The notes under the pieces were generated by a model, which was not told the origin of the DNA, did not search any database, and saw nothing but the letters and a program-made list of their open reading frames with translations. Positions 54,772-64,000 of a stretch of 64,000 bases of DNA are shown piece by piece; position 1 is the first letter of the stretch; each line of letters starts with the position of its first letter. The position numbers and the translations under genes are program-made. The DNA lies in contig NC_092676.1 of the NCBI RefSeq assembly GCF_964355755.1, forward strand, positions 19,486,871 to 19,550,870, read 5' to 3'. Source of the DNA: Antedon mediterranea. Taxonomy: Eukaryota; Animalia; Echinodermata.

Positions 54772-54782
54772 GAATTGTCAAA
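54772..54782 (+). CDS. Candidate 11-nt microexon GAATTGTCAAA (phase 1 to phase 0, G-I-V-K)
   Basis: Acceptor TTCACTTTTTGTATCTTTCAG with upstream CTGAT/CTTAAT branch-like motifs; consensus donor GTAAGT; phase matches the 52106 donor. Confidence 0.5.
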
Positions 54783-54793
54783 GTAAGTAATTA

Positions 54794-56061
54794 ATAACAA
54801 TTCATGTGATGAGGAGCAATGGTAAGAAAGGTATGGGCTCAAGACCTGCGTATACCATATTGCTTGTATCCCTTATACACAAGATTCACTCTTTGCCTCA
54901 TCCTTCAGATGGGATGTAAAGCTGACTCATGTGCATATATTATTCATAACAATTCATATGGTGAAGAGAAGCAATGGTAAGGATATCAGAAAGGTATGGG
55001 CTCAATACCTGCGTATTCCATATTGCTTGTATCCCTTATACACAAGATTCACTCTTTGCCTCATCCTTCAGATGGGATGTAAAGCTGACTCATGTGCATA
55101 TATTATTCATAACAATTCATATGGTGAAGAGAAGCAATGGTAAGGATATCAGAAAGGTATGGGCTCAAGACCTGCGTATTCCATATTGCTTGTATCCCTT
55201 ATACACAAGATTCACTCTTTGCCTCATCCTTCAGATGGGATGTAAAGCTGACTCATGTGCATATATTATTCATAACAATTCATATGGTGAAGAGAAGCAA
55301 TGGTAAGGATATCAGAAAGGAATGGGTTCAAGACCTGGGTATTCCATATTGCTTGTATCCCTTATACACAAGATTCACACTTTGCCTCATCCTTCAGATG
55401 GGATGTAAAGCTGACTCATGTGCATATATTATTCATAACAATTCATATGGTGAAGAGAAGCAATGGTAAGGATATCAGAAAGGAATGGGTTCAAGACCTG
55501 CGTATACCATATTGCTTGTATCCCTTATACACAAGATTCACACTTTGCCTCATCCTTCAGATGGGATGTAAAGCTGACTCATGTGCATATATTATTCATA
55601 ACAATTCATATGGTGAAGAGAAGCAATGGTAAGGATATCAGAAAGGAATGGGTTCAAGACCTGGGTATTCCATATTGCTTGTATCTCTTATACGCAAGAT
55701 ACTCTTATTGCCTCGTCCTTCAGATGGGACGTAATGCTGACTCATGTGCACATATTTTTCATAACAATTCATGTGTTGAGGAGGAGCAATGGTAAGGATA
55801 TCAGAGAGGTATGGGTTGTCTATATTGCTTGTAACTCTTTGTCAAGATACAGTCATTGCCTCGTCCTTCGGATGGGATGTAAAGCTGATTCATGTGCACA
55901 TATTTTTAATAACAATTCATGTGGTGAAGAGGAGCAAGGGTAAGGATATCAGAGAGGTATGGGTTTAAGACATGTCTATATCTTATTGCTTGTATCCCTT
56001 ACACACAAGATACTTTCATTGCCTCATCCTTTGGATGGGATATTAAGCTGTATCATGTGCA
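54794..56061. repeat. 163-bp tandem repeat, ~7.8 copies
   Basis: ATAACAATTCAT at 54794, 54946, 55109, 55272, 55435, 55598, 55761 and ~55909; the right-hand copies are more diverged. Confidence 0.97.
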
Positions 56062-56366
56062 TTTCCAGTGTACTGGTCATGGTCCTAGGCTTGGTGCCTA
56101 AAAATACAGTTTTATACTGAAGAGATCACCAACTATAAAGAAGAAATCAATTAAAAAAGTATATATACAAAAGTACCAGATTTAACAACAAACATTAATA
56201 TTTTCTCAACTGTATCCTTACAAAGAATAACGCTATTAAAGCTTTAATGGAGCATGCATCCCTTTAGCAGTAATGAACCATGTTTATTGTTAAACGATTC
56301 ATTGCTTTCATTAAGCTATGTTATTGTACCTACACAGAAATTTGCTAGCTTAATGTATAGTCTGAA

Positions 56367-56399
56367 CATAGAGGAATATGTAGTCCTAGTTCCTCCATG
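56367..56399. mobile_element. 33-bp palindromic micro-element with CAT...ATG ends
   Basis: CATAGAGGAA / TTCCTCCATG are inverted (9/10); flanks AGTCTGAA and GTTCTGAA look like a degenerate TSD. Confidence 0.5.
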
Positions 56400-59082
56400 G
56401 TTCTGAACAAGGCAATCTAACAACAGGATGCCAAGTGCTGGAGATCAAAGGGTTTATCTGTGGCTGCTACACGATCAGTTGCATGACCGTTAACATACAC
56501 TAGAATACGACAGAGAATATGTGCGTATAGTACTGTTGTATTTGTCGCAACCATACATAAGATCAAAAGACTGTTGCGATTTTGTATCATGGCAAAGCGA
56601 GCTCAGTGTCCTGTTGGTCTGAACAAACAAAGTGGATTAGGATAAACCCACGCACTATTATTATTATCATCTTTGTCATAGTTTTCTTTTTAATTTTTTC
56701 ATTTTAATAATATATAATATTATTAGTTATTTTAACTTGAAATAAAAATTCTTTAAGAAATTGATATCCGCGTTTGCTTTTGCGACCTTCTTGTTAAGTT
56801 TCTCAAACTGTCTAAGGTCGACTGCTTGGTTACTGTACTAGTCGAGGCAAATGCCTTATATTGCTATGTGTTTTTTTCTGATTGGATTTATTAAATAAAT
56901 TAAAGCAATTTTAAATATTTGATTTCACCAGTACAGCAACATGTTCCAGTCATTTCGATTCTTCTATTGTATTAATGTATCATAGACGAATTCATAATAT
57001 AGTGACACATGTGACAATTACATGATACAGAGACGAACATGTCATGTTTTATTATGTAACTTTATTCATATAATAAACAAATTTAGTTAGTTTTATTTTA
57101 TTGAGAGAAAAAATGTGAATTGTTGTATTTCCATATTTTATTAGTATTTCATTTAACATAATAACAATGACAATTGTTGTTGCCTCTAATAAACAATAGA
57201 GAACATTACAATATTCTGCTTATACTATATATACTATTTTTGAGCAGTTTCCATATTGGACAACAGCAATATTACTGTGTGGAGAGTTGATCTGTTTGAA
57301 GTGTACCGACGTAATTATTTCCCTTATTGTGTCGATATACTTTTTAATTTCTCTCGAGTCATAAAGTTATTAGAATACTGTACTAACCTGGTTTGATTAT
57401 GGTAATGGTAGCGAGTTTTGCCGAAGCCGATATTCAGCCGTAGGGCCCCTATACGAACGGTGTATTTGAGACAAGCTTAAATAGAATAGGGCTTGGCGTA
57501 TGTAACTCTATCTGTAACCATTATAGCATAAAAATATTGGAAATTAATGCACGGGGTTAAAATATTAACGATATATATTTACATATGGCGTATTTTATCC
57601 AGGGAAAACGGTTTGTATTTTGCCTTTGAGCGTGTTTCATGTCCCAATTGTGCTTTGCGATTTCTTTTAATGGCCTCATCATTCTGAAATACCAATATTG
57701 CTATTACTTGTCTTAGTATAAAAGCAATTATGCAAATAAAAATACATAAATATAACTAATAACATATTTATTAATTAATATATTTTAATAAATGTTGTCC
57801 ATAGACAGTACAATCGTTGAGCTAATTTTTTGGCTGTTTTACTTTATCGTTTTGATTTAGCTTTTCCCTATTTTTTGTATCTCCATTAAGATCCAGCCAC
57901 TGATAGCCACAGCATTGTCATTTTTTCAGTAATTTGCCTTTGGATTTATATATTTAATAATGATTACATCCGTTTCCAATTTTGTAACAAGAAAGTATAG
58001 TAGGCCTACAATAGTAATATAATAGTATTTGTCAATTTTTCTGATTTTGCTTGGCAGTTTAATTATAAAGACCTATATTTGATTTTATATTAAGTGTTAT
58101 TATTCTACATCAAAAGTGTTTTGTTAATAATTAATAGTCAAACTGAAATGACAGCCGACTTCTGTTGATAAATCTCAAATTTCAATTGCTTATTTGGACA
58201 GGTAAGGTTTGGAAATGAATCGCACACTGTGATGCGCCCAGCAGGTAGGTGTTTGTCTAAACACGATACATAATTGATATTGTCGCGAAATTAAAACGTT
58301 TATTATGAAAGTTAGAATTGGAGACTAGCATTGTGAAAGGCCTGGTGAATTTCATACGATGTGGATTTACGGTCTGAAATGTATATCATTGCAAGAGGGA
58401 AACTGACGGTTGGCTTGGGTTGAAGTAACAATATGTAGAAGGGGTGGGGGTTCGTTTATTTAATTTAATGAAGAAAGAACAATAATTAACAGTACGTCAA
58501 AGTGTCGAGCAGCGTTTTTTGTAAGAAATATTTCTTGTTTAACTTAAACCCAAAATGGCACTCTCGTATGTAAAAGAGGCAGGGGTGATTTTAATTGATG
58601 ACATAATGATGAGGTAACCTACAAACAATAAGACTAGGCCCTAGGCCTAAGTCTTTGAAAAAAGAACATCAATAACGTACAAATTGTCTTTATAAATTAC
58701 GGTAGGTGTGTATCATATTTTCAAACTATCATAACTTTATGAGTGCGTTTTCGGCGTTCCCAAATATAGGCCCATACCTAGATACCGTGCATAATGAGAG
58801 TGCTTTCCTTTTGATGAAACGTTAATCTTTACTAAAACGCATTCTTACCCAATCCGCATTGTTTTATTTCGTAACATTATGAATTTCATTCATTGGCTCG
58901 TAATAACCTTCAAATACTCTATTCATTATTGATGTTTCATTTGTGGCGATGGAATAGCAATTTGTTTCACTTTTAATGCTGTAATTAGGATAGATGACCA
59001 GTTCACGTCTTACATAAAAGCAATACGCGTAATCATTTCGTGAGGTCTCGTAGTTCTAGCATCTTTTACGAGTTTTCTTTAA

Positions 59083-59662
59083 AGGCGATAGGTGCGGACA
59101 AAAACAATTCTATTGATCATACATTCCAATTATTATCGATCTATAGTTTCCCCTATGTTTCATACTTTTTGGTATTTTATTTGTGTTACTGTACACGATC
59201 TTGTTGAAAATAAGCACTTTCTTCAAAAATCCCTATTCGTTCGTACATAAATGTTGGCAAGGTGGGCACTGGACGAGAGGAGCCCTTGATCAATGTTAGG
59301 ACCAATCAAGGTGCTTTAAACAGTCCTGGCTTTGTTTTTATCAAACCTGTTATATATATATAATTATCGTTGTTGGTTTCGATTGAAAACAATTTGTTTT
59401 TAAATAAATAAAAAAAAAAAAGATTACTAAATAATAGGTAATATAACGTTTCTGTTTTTACTTTATAGGGATTAACAAGACATGTTATTACATTAGGTTA
59501 AACTACCTAACTACTGAAAAAAAACTATGTCTAGTTTTTATAGCAGAATTTTTCCAAATTTTTTATTTGACCATGTTTTTTATTCATGATTTACGTTACA
59601 CATACTTGATTTATGTACAATTACCCAATATTATATTTAAAATTAATGCCCTTACCTGAGCT
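59083..59662 (+). mobile_element. ~580-bp TTAA-flanked Kolobok-like element, copy 2 of the 21521 family
   Basis: First ~135 bp and last ~190 bp align with 21521-22114; ends TACCTGAGCT|TTAA. Confidence 0.85.
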
Positions 59663-59857
59663 TTAAAATATGAAGCTATTTTTAGCGATTCGTTTTCTCG
59701 TACATTCACTGTTTTTTTTTATATTATTAGGCCTATAGGGCCTATGTTGTTATTGTTATACAATAGAACTTCCTCCTTTGTGACAACCATATTAAGAGGG
59801 CTGGACACTTGCCCATAAATATGAAAATTCAATTTAGAAAGCACCCTTTGTAATAAT

Positions 59858-59972
59858 ACCTCGCACTTTGTATTACGGTACCTGTACATTTCGCACATTT
59901 CAATATCTCGCACTTTTTATTATCTCGCACTTCGTATACATTTCGCACTTTTTTTATTCCTCGCACTTTTTA
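59858..59972. repeat. Cluster of six TCGCAC(T/A)TT motifs at short irregular spacing
   Basis: Read directly; typical of the subterminal repeat region of a decayed transposon. Confidence 0.7.
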
Positions 59973-60504
59973 TTATTATTATAATTGTCGTACATATATA
60001 AATAACTTGTCGCAAGTTTGTAATAATAGTATGTAAACTTCTACTAAAAAGATCCAAATTGGCTGAACCAGCATAACCCGTTTGTATACCCTCTTTTCCC
60101 CCTCCCCTTGACACTACGTTTGTTTGTTTTTGCACCATCATCAAGCTCTCCATCTGTCACAAATAATGTACAGACGTCATCTGTCCAGTGTATTCGTCAC
60201 AGACTGATAAACCACACCCACGCGTATAACCGCAGATTAAGATCGATTGGCCAAACGATTATTTTGATTGAGGAATTGTCTTGAGTGCTTCCCTTAGGTT
60301 AATCCTGTAGATAACAATCATTTCACGCCGCCGACCTCTGCCCCCCTATACTTGGATTTACCACTTAAATCCCATTAAGAAGGGGAATCAATTCCTCAGA
60401 TCAAACTTATATTGTAATTTGAAATTGTATATCGTAGTATAATAATAATATTTGTTGAAGCTACAACTTTACAACTGGTACACGTTCATACACGTTGCGT
60501 TCTT

Positions 60505-60829
60505 AAAATAAATATATAGACAACAAACAGATACAAAATCAATCCAACAAACAGATAAGTAATTATAATTACCCCACCGAAACGATCGCTGTCGTAGTTG
60601 GTAACGGGTAGCATAATATATAGTTCAATTTTTTCAATATAGCTCAATTGGGTATATTTTAATCCGTTTATAAGATATGAATTGTTTAATCTATATTTCT
60701 TCTTATTAATTTCACAGCATTTTTCAATTATTATCGCCAACTGTTTTGATGTATTAATGTGCTGACCTTTATAAGAAAGTGTAGTAACATTGTGCGACAA
60801 AATCTACCGACGATCGGGTAGAATGCTGG
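60505..60829 (+). mobile_element. Possible decayed non-autonomous Helitron (5' end uncertain)
   Basis: Hairpin TCTACC-N8-GGTAGA (60803-60822) followed by CTGG|T (CTRR end); ACAAACAGATA repeats near the presumed 5' end. Confidence 0.4.
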
Positions 60830-61325
60830 TAGTGTAAATCTGTATTTCGTGTTAGTTATGATACCGTTGAATGCTGCTAATGTTGTGAGTTTCTACTAGG
60901 CTAGAATAAATGATGATTCACTGCCAATTTTATATATTTGCCAACATAGCAGACAAAAAGAAGATGCGATCAAAACAAATGGTATGATATAAACTCGATC
61001 ATATACAGTATATCTGCATCACAAGTATCTGGCATTGGATCACCCAACTTTAACAAATAGTCTATATCTCGAAAAGAAGTCCATACTTTTGGGGGGGGGG
61101 GGGGTTTGGTATGGACGTTTATGGCCATAAAGTGTGAGACCACGTTGTAGTCAATTTAAAGAACATTAACTCATGACAATTTGATAACTTTGTAGACATT
61201 ATTTAATTCTAGATTTTGTCGTTAGTTTTTATCAATTTCTAATATGCACATTATGTACATTACTGTTATTTATGTATTCTTAATTGTTAACCTGTAAACT
61301 GTTTAGTATATTAGATAGCGAGTGA

Positions 61326-61460
61326 ATTAATTCAATTCAATTCAATTCAACTTTTATTTCAGACAATTGTCCATATGGTATAATATAATTATTACACACA
61401 AAAAAAGATGAAGGAGAGACGACCAAAGCTTTTATCTATTGGTATATAATTCCCCTCTCC
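61326..61460 (-). mobile_element. Probable 3' tail of an L2/CR1-type LINE or related SINE
   Basis: Minus strand ends GAAATAAAAG followed by (TTGAA)n. Confidence 0.4.
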
Positions 61461-62814
61461 ATTTGTAGTACATGTTTGAATCCATCAACAAATATTTATA
61501 TAATACAAATTAACATTCTGTTAATTAATAGATTATAGCGCACAAATTAAACACATACATTAATTTAATCTGCAATATTGAACAATAATTGAGTATTTTA
61601 ATTGATTCGTCCTATTCGATTTGTTTCAAGTATTCGCATCCGTTACATTTGAAAGCAAAAAAAAAACTTAATTGATTGCCAAAATCGAGAATTCAGGCGA
61701 CGCACTGAATGATGACGTTACACATACCCTGATTAATATTTATGATAAGTGCGACCTCTACGGTTGGAAACAATCTGAGCTTTTAACCAATCAGAGCAAG
61801 CCATGTATTATTGTCCTTTGTATAGTTTACTTGATATTTTGATCACCTTGTTTATTATAAATTCGAGGTGAAAGCCTAAGCTAATGAAATATAGGTACAT
61901 TTCACAACCCAATGTGATTTGAATATAATAATTGCCTTACCATTATTGAAAAGCGTGTATAACGTGTTGAAAGCGTTTGGAACATCTTGAAAGCGTTTAA
62001 AGAATGAAAGGTCTTCGGCACGGCATAATGAGCTATTTTCGGTTTCATAAATTTCCGCATTTATTTCTGGACACGTGTTTTTAGCGTTGGTAAAAACAAA
62101 ATACTTGTAAACTGTATCTCTTAAACACATGTATCCGGGATTACATAAATAGAAATTTGACTTTCAATATGTAACATAAACTTAGCCTATATATATATAT
62201 ATATATATATATCACGATATCATTTTCTATTTATCGATTTTTATATTCTATTTTGCTTGAATGGTGAATATATACATTCTAATCATGTTTTTATGCAGCT
62301 CACACATTAATCAGATACCAAAGGGGGTGGGGCAGTGTACATGTACAGTCAAATACTGTTTGAAATAATAGACAAAAAAATAGATTGAAGATTAAAGAAG
62401 ATCATTTAATATTTCTTTGATTTAATTCTTTTACGGTTGGGAAGCAAACAGTTCATTTGAAGTCAATATTTTCCCAAAATGTAATAGGAATAAATGTGTA
62501 ATCTTATAATTTTGAATGGTAACTATTAGGTTAGTACCTATCCAGACCTTGATTATAATACACGGACATCTCTACCTCATAACAGTCACTCATTGTCGCA
62601 AGATAAACATAGGCCAACATGTATTTTAACAGATGTGTTAGGTCGTTGAACGGCTTGAGTTTTTCAATTTCCGTGTACGGTTTAAAAAATAGGAACAGTC
62701 TTATTATTTCCCACTACAGAAGTAAACCCAAGGTTACTTTATTATGATTTCATTTTCAATATAATTTCCTTGTGTCGATTATGTACAATCATTTTCAAGG
62801 TACGGGTTATCGAA

Positions 62815-63047
62815 TCGAGTGGCGGTTATGGCAGAGAGCCGCAGACCGTAGCCATAGAATCGGCACAGGTTCAAGGCTCTTGTCGGATGAGAACTTTAAA
62901 CTAACTGGAGAGTATGCTACACATCTGGCTTATGTGCACTTTAAACCAGTGGGTGTACTAGTCCGACCATCATCCTCATAAGAGGCACTGCACTGTGGCT
63001 ACCGTGGGTCCGAGAGGAACTAACTTCCTCAAGGGGGGAATAATAAT
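62815..63047 (+). mobile_element. Probable tRNA-derived SINE with (AAT)n tail
   Basis: A-box-like TGGCGGTTATGG, B-box-like GGTTCAAGGC ~50 nt downstream, GC-rich body, AATAATAAT end. Confidence 0.5.
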
Positions 63048-63116
63048 TGTTTTTAAACTAACGGGCAAATATTGGTAAATCGTCCTTTTATGATACAGTC
63101 AGTTGCATGGGCCGGT

Positions 63117-63271
63117 CAGTGACGTAACGGCTATGAGCGCTCGCTGGTTAAACCCAGGGGCCTATGCAGTGCCCAGGCATTAAAATAGGCCTATGTCGAA
63201 AAAAAGGGGGGGGGGCGGGGTCACTTAGTGTTCCTAACCCAGGGGCCTCGGGCCTCTCCGTTTCGCCACTG
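63117..63271. mobile_element. 155-bp hAT-type MITE
   Basis: TIR CAGTGACGTAACGG / CAGTGGCGAAACGG (12/14); 8-bp TSD GGGCCGGT (63109-63116) / GGGCCTGT (63272-63279). Confidence 0.85.
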
Positions 63272-64000
63272 GGGCCTGTATAGATAATATCTATCAAACG
63301 CTTGGGCAGAATTTAAGATAACAGTCCGCGATCGAACCAAAATATCTAGACGCGTTACGTGTCCGACATGAATTAAATTGTGCTGACGCAAATGCGTTCG
63401 ATGATGTGCCTCTGTTGACGTACTGTATCACAGATAATTATGCCCTGTGAACACAATAACAATACTGTAGTATATTGTATATGCATCGTCGGGAAATATA
63501 AGTCTACGCGCGACGCCAATTCAATAGCGATGGGGTTATCCGGGTGGCAACCCATTGCTAAATACGGTATGAACACCGTCCGGTCTAAACTATATTACGT
63601 CAATTCACGACAATCCAACTTCAATATATCTACCTTTGATTGTCTACTTATCCTTCTGTACTATAGGTTGTTCACCCGGCCTTAATAATCCCGTTCACTT
63701 TTCCACGAATAGGGATATTTTTAATGAAAAAACTGACCGCTAATCCAGGGAGTCGTTGACCTTTGTATATTTCCCCAAAATTCTAAAACTATTTATTTTC
63801 GGAAATCATAAAGAATTTGTGGTACGTTTTTAGTTTTTCTATTTCTCTGTAGAACGGACTGTCAATATCAGAAAAATAATTCTTTATAATCTATGATTTA
63901 AATTGTTGTATGTAGACTGTTTTGAACCGTATTGTGGTTCTTTTAATGTGTTTCCTGTGGTTATACCCATCTCGTACCATACTAATTCAATCAAACAAAA

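Noticed and set aside
54931-55943. Series of ~110-aa near-identical ORFs
   Set aside because: Produced by the 163-bp repeat shifting frame at each copy; no protein-like signal.

Overview
AT-rich eukaryotic (metazoan, invertebrate-like) genomic DNA that is almost entirely non-coding. It looks like intronic or intergenic sequence around the 5' end of a large gene. Almost all ORFs in the supplied track are spurious or come from tandem repeats. The only clearly protein-derived sequence is a 5'-truncated, frameshifted RTE-clade LINE (13131-15646, minus strand, 11-bp TSD). The window holds many non-autonomous DNA transposons with readable ends (TTAA-flanked Kolobok-like, TA-flanked Tc1/mariner-like, TWA-flanked PIF/Harbinger-like, 8-bp-TSD hAT, Helitron), tRNA-derived SINE-like elements, and several homogeneous tandem arrays (units of 140, 18, 26, 48, 20 and 163 bp). 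The best lead is a candidate plus-strand start exon (ATG at 52070, phase-1 donor at 52106) that joins in frame to an 11-nt microexon (54772-54782), giving MNKSKKQGESIMGIVK; I cannot name the gene. Other leads are satellites grown from transposon TIR motifs, internally verifiable TA-CTG-TA excision footprints, 21-33 bp palindromic micro-insertions, and a ten-copy degenerate array whose cores resemble Ser/Thr-rich mini-exons. There are no prokaryotic features or CRISPR arrays. I cannot establish a new biological system from sequence alone, so the findings are hypotheses. All counts and alignments were made by eye.
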